A stretch of 63,894 bases of DNA, counting the filler, from Octopus bimaculoides (lineage: Eukaryota), in the NCBI RefSeq assembly GCF_001194135.2. It is 4 parts of 4 records of this genome, joined end to end, with 100 filler letters (N's around TTAATTAATTAA, not from the genome) between each part and the next. Parts side by side here need not be neighbours in the genome. Positions count along the whole stretch, not along the records: positions 1 to 24,605 come from NC_068981.1; 3 more parts are not named here. One strand, given 5' to 3'. The notes under the pieces are model-generated. The model made no database searches and was not told the origin of the DNA. It saw nothing but the letters and a program-made list of their open reading frames with translations. Position numbers and translations under genes: made by a program. Within the stretch, counting starts at the first letter, position 1. The number at the start of each line of letters is the position of its first letter. Shown piece by piece: positions 12,651-24,605 of the stretch.

Positions 12651-13904
12651 ACATTGGTTTTTCTTGAACTGCAACCATATCGATGACAACTATTACGCCC
12701 CACAAAGATTTATTTAAACGTAGAGCCGCCTCATTGAGTAAATATGAAATTTTCATTTATTATTCTTTAAATTTCATTTTGCAATGTCAATAAGACACTG
12801 CGATTGAGAGGTGCTAATCGTAATCAACTAACCAAAAGCAGAGTAGATATACATTACAATACATTTGTGTTATACATACACTTGGGAAGATAATAGACGC
12901 CACACTGTCTCATTCTACCACTATCAATCTTTGCCTGTTGGAAATCGTTAGTGTGAAGTTTCAAACTGCGTTTCGTTAGTATCTCCGCATATATACATGT
13001 ATATATCTATGAATGTACANNNNNNNNNNNNNNNNNNNNNNNNNNNNNNNNNNNNNNNNNNNNNNNNNNNNNNNNNNNNNNNNNNNNNNNNNNNNNNNNN
13101 NNNNNNNNNNNNNNNNNNNNNNNNNNNNNNNNNNNNNNNNNNNNNNNNNNNNNNNNNNNNNNNNNNNNNNNNNNNNNNNNNNNNNNNNNNNNNNNNNNNN
13201 NNNNNNNNNNNNNNNNNNNNNNNATATATATTCGACTCGAGTCGAAAGTTTTGGTAACATGCATCGCATCTAAGCATAACACGAATTACATAAATACATA
13301 CATACATACTCACATACACATACATACATGTAAGTGTACTTATATGTGAATGAATAAATATTATGCATGTACTTATATATGTATATATGTAAATATGTGT
13401 ATATATATATATGTGTGTCTGTGTGTGCGTGTGTGTGTATGAGTATGCACACATATGTCCATATATATCTATACATAAGTTTCTATTCCTACGACTACAT
13501 ACGCAAGGATATTATATGCGTATAACTGTGCTTATGTAGGAATATAAGCGCAAACATATTTGAATATGTATGTAAAATACATGGATACCAGGATGTTCAT
13601 ACGTATATTCATTGATACATACTTACATGCATGCATGGATAGATGCATAATAGTCTATGTAAAGAGAGCGGGAAATGATTTAGTTGAGTGTAATATTAAA
13701 CAGAATTATAGTTTGCCGTTAAATACAATATAGAAAGTAGTATATTTAAAGACATTTATCATTATAATAATGATATCAGAGGCAAAAAGAGTAGTTATAT
13801 ATAAAGACAGTCATACATTCATGTACATGTGTGAGCGTGTGAATATATATATAGGTATGTGTGAAGACATACGCATATACAGGTACACATACACACACAC
13901 AGAC

Positions 13905-13953
<49 letters not shown>

Positions 13954-15139
13954 NNNNNNNNNNNNNNNNNNNNNNNNNNNNNNNNNNNNNNNNNNNNNNN
14001 NNNNNNNNNNNNNNNNNNNNNNNNNNNNNNNNNNNNNNNNNNNNNNNNNNNNNNNNNNNNNNNNNNNNNNNNNNNNNNNNNNNNNNNNNNNNNNNNNNNN
14101 NNNNNNNNNNNNNNNNNNNNNNNNNNNNNNNNNNNNNNNNNNNNNNNNNNNNNNNNNNNNNNNNNNNNNNNNNNNNNNNNNNNNNNNNNNNNNNNNNNNN
14201 NNNNNNNNNNNNNNNNNNNNNNNNNNNNNNNNNNNNNNNNNNNNNNNNNNNNNNNNNNNNNNNNNNNNNNNNNNNNNNNNNNNNNNNNNNNNNNNNNNNN
14301 NNNNNNNNNNNNNNNNNNNNNNNNNNNNNNNNNNNNNNNNNNNNNNNNNNNNNNNNNNNNNNNNNNNNNNNNNNNNNNNNNNNNNNNNNNNNNNNNNNNN
14401 NNNNNNNNNNNNNNNNNNNNNNNNNNNNNNNNNNNNNNNNNNNNNNNNNNNNNNNNNNNNNNNNNNNNNNNNNNNNNNNNNNNNNNNNNNNNNNNNNNNN
14501 NNNNNNNNNNNNNNNNNNNNNNNNNNNNNNNNNNNNNNNNNNNNNNNNNNNNNNNNNNNNNNNNNNNNNNNNNNNNTACATAAAGTTGAAGCCGGAAAAA
14601 AGGACAGATTAATAACAAAAGAGACAAAGAGACAACAACGAGAGGGGAGAAGGGGAGAGAAGCAGACATATACGAGTATGTTAGTGGGAGGAGAGAAAGA
14701 CATAAATATAAAGAGAACAAATTAACGAACCACTTAGTGGATTAAAAAGTTTGGTTCCAATTCATCGTCGTCTTAAGCTAAATCAAATAAATCTATCAGC
14801 CGCAACTGAAATAAAGACAATAGAGTGTTATGGATTGTTCTAGATCACTCTTATTGTATTATTGCCATTTCAGTTAGTTTTCAAGTTTTCACACGCATAC
14901 ACACGCAACAGACACATACGCACTCTTATACATAGACAACAAACATAGACACACACACACATGCGCACATAAAAGATAATGAGAGGAGAATGCACTTACA
15001 CATACACTCGCATATACATGCACAATGATGTATATGTATGCACACACACACAAACATATATGTACACACACACATATATGTGTGTGTATGTACATATATA
15101 TATATTATATATATAGATCTAAGAATTAAATATTTATAT

Positions 15140-15180
<41 letters not shown>

Positions 15181-15352
15181 AATATACATAAACTACAAAT
15201 TTGTATGGAGTAATATGTGTGAATGCGTGTGCGTGTGCGTGTGTGTATGTAAAATTTCATATATATGTATATGTATTGTAAGTGTAAATATATTACGTTT
15301 GTTTACACATTATATATACTTAAACATGTATATATGCATGTATATATGCATA

Positions 15353-15414
<62 letters not shown>

Positions 15415-15852
15415 TATGTATTTACATAAATGACTGTGTGCTTGTGGACATATTGATTTGTGAGTGGGTATAAGTCGATATGAAATTGCAATAACAATCA
15501 CGGTAATTACTTAGCTATATTTTCCATCATTCCGACATCTATGTAAAATGGTATATAATGAGAGACGCACTCAAAAACAATCACATGTATTTAAACACAC
15601 TGAAACATATATTCACACACTTACACTCACACACACACACATATATACGAGCCGGCGCATATATGCGTGCACGTGTGTGTATGTAAATCTTTGTATATTT
15701 GAATATGTATATATATGTATACATATATGCATGTATGTGTGTGTGTGTATATATATATCATATGTGAGTTCAATTGTGTCAGATGTATCAGGGAGAAGTA
15801 CTCAATACAAGTTGTATAATACATGACTCATTTAAATTGAATATTCATGTCA

Positions 15853-16050
15853 CGATTCGAGTTTCACACCAAAACGATCTTCAGGCTAGAACTTTTACAT
15901 GTGTGTTTCGTGGTTAAATTACATTTGTTTGTGATGGCACTATTAACAAACACAAGTATTCACACCCACACCACGGAATGGACATAATTTACCAAACTAA
16001 TTTATAAAAGTTCTCACTTGAAGATCATAGTGGTTTGAAGTTCGCGATGG
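15853..16050. repeat. Degenerate inverted repeat, probably Penelope-type termini
   Basis: gatcttcaggctagaactttta (15876-15897) is inverted relative to taaaagttctcacttgaagatc (about 16004-16026). Each arm has an NTGAAGA...GAA motif. Confidence 0.4.
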
Positions 16051-16339
16051 GAAATAAATATTGTTTACATAAGTAATACTTCATCACACCCAACCAACAG
16101 TTTTACAGTCGTGAAACCAGGATTTTCGACACTTTCGGTGTTAGTTTGGAATCCGGCAGTGCGTTGATAGCCCAGAAGTCGGGCTGAGTTCTTCTCTGGA
16201 AATAACCTACCTTTATACCAAGACCTACATATATATATGTATCAATATATAAGGAAGGCAGCTATAATTTTATCATTTCCACTTTAGCATTTTGCTGAAT
16301 CAGCCTTAAATTCATTTTATGTGTGTGTATGTGTATATA

Positions 16340-16374
<35 letters not shown>

Positions 16375-16504
16375 NNNNNNNNNNNNNNNNNNNNNNNNNN
16401 NNNNNNNNNNNNNNNNNNNNNNNNNNNNNNNNNNNNNNNNNNNNNNNNNNNAGACAGACGGACAGACAGACAGACAGACAGGTAGACAGTCAGACAGATA
16501 GATC

Positions 16505-16564
<60 letters not shown>

Positions 16565-16719
16565 CGCACCTTCCTTCCAATCACTGCTGTAAACAGTGGA
16601 AGTGAGCTAGATCGTTAAAACTCTGAACACAGTAGAGTTCATCTGTGTCGAGCAATTTCAATCTGGATTCTTATTGATCACACCTTTTACCTGCTTCGAC
16701 CATTAGACTTCGGACCAAG

Positions 16720-16901
16720 CTGGACAATGTTTCGAATCAACTTAAGTACGTATTTTTAAAACCTGGTACTTATTCTATTGTTTCTTATACAAAAACGCGA
16801 AGTTAAGCTGATATAATACACCAGCAACGACAATCAAGCGGTGATGGGGGACAAACACAAACACAAAGACACACCCCCACACACACACACGCACACGCAC
16901 G

Positions 16902-16950
<49 letters not shown>

Positions 16951-17376
16951 GTACAAGTATGTATAAAATAAATGAGCCCTTTTAAAGCCTAGCCAGGCTC
17001 ATGGGCCCGGTTTCCCGGTTTCAATGGCGTATGTGTTCCCCAACTGGACGGGACGCCAGTCCATCGCAGCGATACTCATTTTTGCCATCTGAGTGGACTG
17101 GAGCAACGTGAAATGAAGTGTTTTGTTCAAGAGCACAACGCGTTGCCCGGCCCAGGAATCGAAACCACAATCTTACGATCATGATGCTAACACCCTAACC
17201 ACTAAGCCACGCGCCTCCACACAAGTATGTATACGACAGGCTTATTTCAGAGTCCGACTACTAAATTCGCTTAGCTTATAGCAGAAGATACTCACCGAAG
17301 GTACCAAGCAGTGGACTAAACCCGGAACCATGTGGTTGGGAGGGAAGCTTATTTCCACATAGCCACGCCTGCACCT
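16720..17376 (-). mobile_element. SINE family B, interrupted by a nested SINE
   Basis: Head at the right end (ggcgtggctatgtgg...ccacatggttccgggtttagtcc), internal (CA)n, 3' body on the left. Confidence 0.8.
16966..17220 (-). mobile_element. Full-length SINE family C1 with 13-bp TSD
   Basis: A box TGGCTTAGTGG, B box GGTTTCGATTCC. TSD ACAAGTATGTATA at 16953-16965 and 17221-17233. Confidence 0.92.
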
Positions 17377-17769
17377 GCGTATAAATTGTACACTTTAAAT
17401 ATGTATAAATTAGCATACTTCTAGATTGTGCATTTTATTTCCAGTGGTCGGCGTTTTGTATCCATAAGTCTTTACTCTCCTATTATACATTTCATTGCTT
17501 TGTAATTTTTAAATTATATCTCTAATATATCTCTAATTTGCCAATAGTTTTCATTTTGTCTTTCATTTTATGAATATCTGCGATTTTCATTTATATATTT
17601 CTAGTTTTCTATGCTTTACTGCCCATTAATTCTATAAATTTTATATCCACTTTAATACAATTTTTGCCATTTAAATTTGCGTGGTATATTCTTATAGTGT
17701 CGTATTTCTGTAAGCATATTCTACATTAACAACTGCTGTCGGTTTGCATAAAGTATGAGTTATTAGTAT

Positions 17770-17945
17770 ATATATATATATATATATGGGAGAATATACA
17801 AATAATAACAACAGACGAGGACAGGTGGTGTAAATAACAAAAGTATATACTAGTATGACGCTCGAGAATACGGAAAGTCTTTGACGTTTCGAGCTACGCT
17901 CTTCAACAGAAAGAATACGGAGACAAGGAGAAAAACACGGAGAAA
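17770..17945 (-). mobile_element. Penelope-like element terminal fragment
   Basis: Contains ttgaagagcgtagctcgaaacgtc, the GAAG..CGAAACGTC pattern typical of PLE pseudo-LTRs. Confidence 0.55.
17878..17914 (-). ncRNA. Minimal type I hammerhead-ribozyme-like motif with a core variant (A6U)
   Basis: UCUUU-CUGUUGA-A-GAG-cguag-CUC-GAAA-CG-UC-AAAGA: 5-bp helix I, 3-bp helix II, palindromic ACGU helix III, GUC cleavage triplet. Confidence 0.5.
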
Positions 17946-17975
17946 AAAGCGTGTGCGCGCGCGTATGCATGAATA

Positions 17976-18191
17976 CGAGGAGGTGGTGAAAAGTTCCTGG
18001 CTTTAAGGGTATCGTGAAAGGTCTGGGTGGAGTCCCAACCTTCCGTGTTCTTCTACTAGGCTGAGAAACCTGAAGGAGCGCTGCAATAAGTGTGTGAATC
18101 TGAGAAGGGAATATATTGAATAGAAACATAATTAACTGATACTCCTGTATTTTCTTTTACTCAAAACTTTGAACTTTCCAGCCACTCCTCG
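17976..18191. mobile_element. Mariner-derived MITE
   Basis: TIRs cgaggaggtggtgaaaagttc / gaactttccagccactcctcg, flanked by TA on both sides (17974-75, 18192-93). Confidence 0.8.
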
Positions 18192-18200
18192 TATATATAC

Positions 18201-18244
<44 letters not shown>

Positions 18245-18254
18245 TGTTAAATTG

Positions 18255-18430
18255 TGTGTGTGGTTTTAAGTCTGCGTTTGACCCCTAACACCGATTGACG
18301 ACCGGTTCGGAGAAAAAGACCCATAAAATAACAATGAAACTTAAAAAATAATAAGTACAGGGCTGGATGTATCCGATTAAAAACTTCTTCCAGATGGTAC
18401 CCCTGCATGGCTGCGGTCAATTATTACTCA
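18255..18430 (+). mobile_element. SINE family B, 3' half, diverged
   Basis: cggttcggagaaaaagacc...ataagtac...catggctgcggtcaa matches 8990-9120. Confidence 0.6.
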
Positions 18431-18665
18431 GTGCAACAGCATTTCAGGTCGGCTGAATGAAAGTTGACCTGGAGTGAAGTTCAACTCAGAAACTTAAGAG
18501 ACAACTTAAGAGACTTTACATTATAATTCCCTTTTTTTTTTAACCTGTCTATTTAATCCTTGCAATCTCTCTCTCTCTCTCGCTACCACCCAATCCCTCC
18601 TACACTCAAACTTATATATATAGACGTGTACGCTATATGTATATATGGAGAGGGGGCAGTATACA

Positions 18666-18699
<34 letters not shown>

Positions 18700-19750
18700 T
18701 ATGTGTATCCAAATTAACATACACAAACGTATATTACTGCAATACGATTATTTTTACCCATCCATATTACGACTTTGCAATGTTATGCATATGCTGTCAA
18801 AGACATTTCGTATTTAGCCCATCACAGCATTTATATGTTTACAGGAGCTCTTTCATATATATATATATATATAAGCATAAATATGCATGTATGTATATAT
18901 ACACGAATGTATGTATGCATGTATGTCTATCCTTTCAGATACCAGCTTGCCGCTGTATAGAATTATATTCCTTCGTCTTGTACGAGTCTTGTATTTTGAG
19001 TGACAAGCTCACTATAATTGCGATATTTTCATGCTGTTTCTTGATGTTGCATACGCCAACTCTAGGCAAAATCTCTGCAGTATTCATTTTATCGTTGAGA
19101 AGGATGGTTGGCACTTCAGATTAAAAGCTTCCGATCTTCTTATGCATTTCCTCTTCTGTATCCAAATTTCATTTATATTCCGGCGTAATTTTGTAGTAAA
19201 CACCTGATACACCTGATATACCTAATAGGTTCCAATTTTGATCTGTAATTCAATATGATATTTCGGTGTGAACATTTCTATAATTCATTCAAAGAATTCC
19301 TCATTGTCTACTGTGATCTTTAACATAATTTGCTCATCAAACCTGGCAGCTTGAATAGCGTTGCTTCCTTTGTTCACCATTATGCTTTTCCATTTATAAC
19401 AGCAAATAATGAATTTAATACACGATACAATGTGTTCTAATAAACGAATTTCTTGAGACTATTCTTCAGTCCAACATCATATACAAAAAAAAAACCTTTA
19501 AAAAAGCGAAGGCACATTGGTAGAGTGTGTGATTAATTAAACAAAGTTTCCAAAAAAGCGATCCAAGACGAGAAATTCAAAAGAGTTAAAAGACGAAAAA
19601 ACTAAAATTAGAAATAACTGAAGAATTTGAAAGGACATAGACATGAACTAATAAACAGAAAAACAGAAGAAAATACGAAGAATAAAAATGGTGCTTATCT
19701 TAATTGAATCAACGACTCTATTATAACGATGCAATTGAAGCTAGTAGATA

Positions 19751-19791
<41 letters not shown>

Positions 19792-19999
19792 ACACACACA
19801 CACTCACACACACACGAATACAAACACATAACACACCATAGTAGCATTGAAAAGAGGAAGGAAGACTGGTTTACTCGACCATACAACAAAAAAGTTACTT
19901 TCAATACAGACCGAAACATTATATCGTGTGTGAACCAACATACAGATTGCAGCTGCTGATCCTCAACCTCCTCATTCGGATGCGACATGAAGAGGAGCA

Positions 20000-20290
20000 T
20001 GCTTCACATCTTTGGAGTATGTAAAAGACGTCTGCGATCTCACCAGAAATACATGCAAACCTATTTTACCAGCATTTATCTCCATTCATCTCTTTGTCGT
20101 GGAATTATAAGGCCTACGAATCAGAATGTACCAGCCACCTACCCAACATGAAATACCATTGACAAAGCCACTCTCTAAAGGCGGTGAAGTGTGATGAGCG
20201 AGAGAGATAGAGGGGGGGCGATAATTGGCTGCTATCGTCTTTAGAAGAAGGATGAACTTCCGAAACGTTATAACATTACTTTTCATTGTC
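20000..20290 (-). mobile_element. Possible old non-LTR RT remnant
   Basis: ILLLKTIAANYRPPSISL followed by ESGFVNGISC..ILIRR resembles NYRPISL...QSGFR.GRS...IL.LRQ. Confidence 0.3.
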
Positions 20291-20472
20291 ACAGCAAGAA
20301 TAATATTCCACTGTTTATGAATATTAGTATTACTTTATTATGACACAGAACATCGCCCGTTTTTCGAGTCCTGATATATTACAATCCAAATATTTTGTGT
20401 CCTGCCCCTACAATAGAAATTGTCTTTATAGTTTTCATGCTTTGTAACAATGTAAAAAGTAGCAGCAGCAGC

Positions 20473-20530
<58 letters not shown>

Positions 20531-21159
20531 TAAAATACATTGTCGTATTTAGTTAGCTCTTCAGGTTCTCATTTGAAGTCTCAATTTGACATGGAATTTG
20601 CTTTTCTTCCCTCCCCGGGTCGATGACATATTCATCAGTGAATTTCTCGTGTCGATACAGTCTATTGCTCCCTCCACCAAATCTGTGTTATTACAACTGT
20701 GTGTTAGAAATGAATATTAGTTCTGAACGGTTGAACAGGTGAAGGTGCCTCTACGTGGTCGCTCCATTTTTTCTGTGTGTCGTAATCATCAAGTGGAAAT
20801 TGGCAGTCTGCCTACTGAGTGAGTACAAACCTCGCTGTGATCAACTTTGTCTTTCATCCTTCTGCAGTCGATAAAAGATGTACAAATCCAGGATGTTGGA
20901 CTGCTGTAAGAAAGTTGGAGTTAACGTTCCTGCACTTTTGAGTTTGAAACATGCCATAGCCTACATAAGTAATAAATTCATTTCATTTCCCAGGGGCCAG
21001 TTTAATACTACCAACCAGTACTCAAAGCGTTAAGTAGTAAGCAGGCAACCGGCAGCCGAAAGGTCTCCGATTTGTTTATACATTTCTCTTTCGATTCCGC
21101 TAGGTTCAGAGACCATGTAAAATGTAATGGGTGTTAGTTTTTCCCCTAACTTAAAGGGA

Positions 21160-21365
21160 AAATATTGATTTCAAATTTTGGCGCAAGACCAGCAATTTCG
21201 GGGTAAGGGTTAAATTGATTACACCGATCCCCAGTGAACAGCTGGTACTTATTTTACCGACCCCGAAAGGATGAAAGTCAAAGTCAACGTCGGCGGAGTT
21301 TGAACTCAGAACGTAAAGGCGGACTAAATGCCGTATTGCATTTTGCCCAGCACGCTAACGATTCT
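21160..21365 (-). mobile_element. SINE family A
   Basis: Reverse complement of the family A body (gaccccgaaaggatgaaagtcaaagtc...tttgaactcagaacgtaaag). Confidence 0.85.
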
Positions 21366-21539
21366 GACATCTCATCAAAAAGTAAAATGTCAGTCGTTGT
21401 CAGATCTCCGATTTGAAAATATCTTCCTGTCTTTCTCTTGCCAGTTTTGGAGATCCGACAAAGTGTTACGGGCAGTACCGTCACCTCTGATCAAATTATA
21501 CATTTAAAAAAGAAGTTGATATGTAATATTTGTAGTAGA

Positions 21540-21685
21540 CGCATCTCGTTTTCAGCTCAGTGGATTGGAGCAACATGAAGTGAAATGACTTGCCCAAGAA
21601 TACAACGGGATACCCGATCCGGAGATCGTTCCCACAGCCTTACATTCGTAAGTCCAGTAGCCTCACTACAAGGCCACTCGCTCAA
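21540..21685 (-). mobile_element. SINE family C, head and core, diverged
   Basis: cagtggattggagcaacatgaagtgaaatgacttgcccaagaatacaac matches 17090-17140. Confidence 0.65.
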
Positions 21686-23049
21686 TCTTCTGTAAATAAT
21701 ATGAAGACTAACCTAGAGTAAACTCCAAGCTCTTTGACTGATTTTAATGATGTACAGTACACAGCGGCGCCAACATTTGTGCTTGGTCTCCGGTCTGAGA
21801 ATATCCTACCCTTCACATACTTTCTTCCGCCAGTCGCAAAGACTCTGAAAATGTTCATGAGCACTGCGTGCCCTTTTGCTTCTAAGTCGTGTGAAGAAAA
21901 ATAGATGAAGCGTTAATAGTAACCAATTCTTTCTTAAATTATACTCCTGCAACTGACTTAAAGAAGGAAATACATATTGGATTACTTAAGTAGAGTAGAT
22001 AAACTGTATCTCAAAAGACTAGATGGGCATGGCAAGAATGTCTTTAATCTTAGTTCGGTTCGATCAAGCCAAAACAACAACAATGTTACTTGAGGATATT
22101 GAAATGCAAAAATCGTTTTCGTTTGGGTTTGTCCTCCCAATACTGAGAGAGCAACAAACGAAACTCTGAAAAAATAAATAAATGCATAAATGAATGAATA
22201 AATAAATAAATAAATAAATAAATAAAGGCTCTCTTTTTTGTTCGTTCGCGTCACTAAAATTTCTATCGATTTTTATGTATTTTAAATTGAATTTCTTTTT
22301 TCATTTGTTTTTATGCAAAATTTTAAAAATTAATAAGAAATTTAATAAGACAAACAATTTGTGTTGTTTAATGTTTTTGTTGATATTATTATTTTTCATT
22401 TTGTCGGTTTTTTTATTTTCATTTTTTTTTTTTACTTTTTTCAAACCCAAAATTTGTAGAAGTAAAAAATTAATAAGAAACATTATGAAAGCAAGCCATA
22501 AATTTATCAAAAATCAGCTAGAAATAGCGATTATCAATCACAAAAGACAATAAAATTACATCTACTACAACAGCACCGCCCCCGCTGCAGCCGTCACCAT
22601 CGCCACTACCATACTATTAGCAGCAGCAGTAGCAACTGCAAAACTAATTGCAATTTTCGTTCGTTTCATTGGTTAATTGTATATATTTTGTTAATTTATT
22701 TTCCTTGAGATTTTTCGTGTTGCTTTTGTGTCTATTTTTTTTTTTTTCACTTTTATTTGTTTTATGTATTTTCAAGTTTCACTTCTTTTTTGTTGTAGTT
22801 TTTTTGTTTGTTTTTTCTTTCTTTTATTTTTGCTAAAAAGAAAATTATTCATCATGAACGAATCAAAGGAAAATGATAAGGACACGGTTCAAAAAGAAGT
22901 TTTATTTGATTTTTAAAGAGAAAAGAATTATCTTATAAGGTTTGCAAAGAAGTGTGTGTCGCTGCAATTATCAGAGATAATATCTAAATGAATATCTCAG
23001 CCAATTATCGCAGTTCGGAAACATTACACTAAAAGTCTGCTAGCATCCA

Positions 23050-24342
23050 CCCGCCGGTACCCTTCTTTTAACAACTCGCTGCTATTACAACCATCTCCAT
23101 CGCTTCTGCCATTAGCCACACATCACCATTCTACCATCTTCAGCTCCTCCTCCAATAACGTAACTAGTTCCACCACCACCACCACCACTCTTACTACCAC
23201 AATCACAATCGCCGCCATCATCATCACCACCATCACCACCATCACCATCAACCACAACATTACACTACAATAATCATCCTCACTAACATCTCTGCTCCTT
23301 CCGTCTACATCCAGCACCACCATCAACACTAACCATCAACATCCTCGTCGCAAGCACCACATTTACTATACGCATGAACATCACCAATACCAGCATCATA
23401 ATAACCTCCTCCATCATCATCACAACCACCGTTTTCATCATCACCCAACCACTTCATTCAGCATCGCCATCACCTCTCCATCATCATCACCACTTCCAAT
23501 CACCATCTTCATCTCCATCACTCCACCGCCATCAGCATCACCACCAGTATCACTTCCGTCACACCACTACCCTCATCATCACTACCACCTCTATCATCAT
23601 CACCAGCTCTAACATCACCACCACCTCCAATCACTATCCTCAACCCCACCACTTCCGCCATCATAAACATCACTACCTCCGCCATCACCACCTTCAATCA
23701 CCATATTCGCCTCCATCACTCCACCACCATCAGCATCATCACAGCCATCACCTCCGTCACACCGCCACCTCTTTCATCACCAGGACCTCCATCACCACAA
23801 CCACTTCCATCATTACCATATCTCCACCACCTCCACCACCTCCATCACTGAAACACCCACCAGCCCCACCATTGCCTTCATCATCAACTTCACTACTACT
23901 ACTGCCACCCACATTCGCAAGTACCACTATTATAACTATCACCTCCACCGTCACTACCGCCTCCATGAGAACCACACTCACCACTTTCACTTGAGTTACG
24001 ACCACCACTACAACCACCAGTAACACAGTATCTAATACTGATCGCACCATCACACCCACCACTCCCTACCTGCACCACAAGAATCAGAAACTACTACCTG
24101 TACACACCACTTCTCTCATAGTTGCAGCTACCTCCACGTCTGTTACCTAGGACCCCACAAAATATATATCCAGCATTCACACCATTATCAATATTACCAC
24201 CAAAATTTACGCCGCCATTACGTATAATTCAACTTCCACAAACTAAGTTTACCATCGAAAGCTTTTCAACCACCACCACAACCGACACAATCACCACCAC
24301 CACCACCACCACCACCACCACTACCGTCACCAGCACCACCAC
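23050..24342. repeat. Long degenerate (CAC/CAT/ACC)n low-complexity tract with an internal duplicated block
   Basis: ccatcactccacc(g/a)ccatcagcatca is present at about 23515 and about 23713. Confidence 0.85.

Positions 24343-24400
<58 letters not shown>
24343..24400. repeat. (TAA)n microsatellite, about 19 units
   Basis: Direct reading. Confidence 0.95.
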
Positions 24401-24401
<1 letters not shown>

Positions 24402-24605
24402 GACACTAAACGAACTATCTAAAATAGACAGGAAAACAAGAAAAATAATGACAGGATATAAGATGCACCACCCAAAATCTGACATAGAAAGGCTATATAT
24501 ACAACGAACAGAAGGTGACAGGGGTCTTATACAGCTAGAAAACTATTATAAAATAACCACCATAGGACTGCAAAAATACCTACTCGAGAAGCAAGGAAAA
24601 CTAAT
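24400..24605 (+). mobile_element. 5'-truncated Dong/R4 LINE fragment with an intact reading frame up to the gap
   Basis: WTLNELSKIDRKTRKIMTGYKMHHPKSDIERLYIQRTEGDRGLIQLE matches the R4-clade pattern LDRKTRK...HPKSDVDRLY..R..GGRGL. Confidence 0.85.

Noticed and set aside
13231-13246. 16-bp palindrome ttcgactcgagtcgaa
   Set aside because: Isolated, next to a gap, with no ribozyme core or element ends visible.
17140-17220. tRNA-like sequences with A and B boxes
   Set aside because: These are SINE heads with no full cloverleaf, so they are not tRNA genes.
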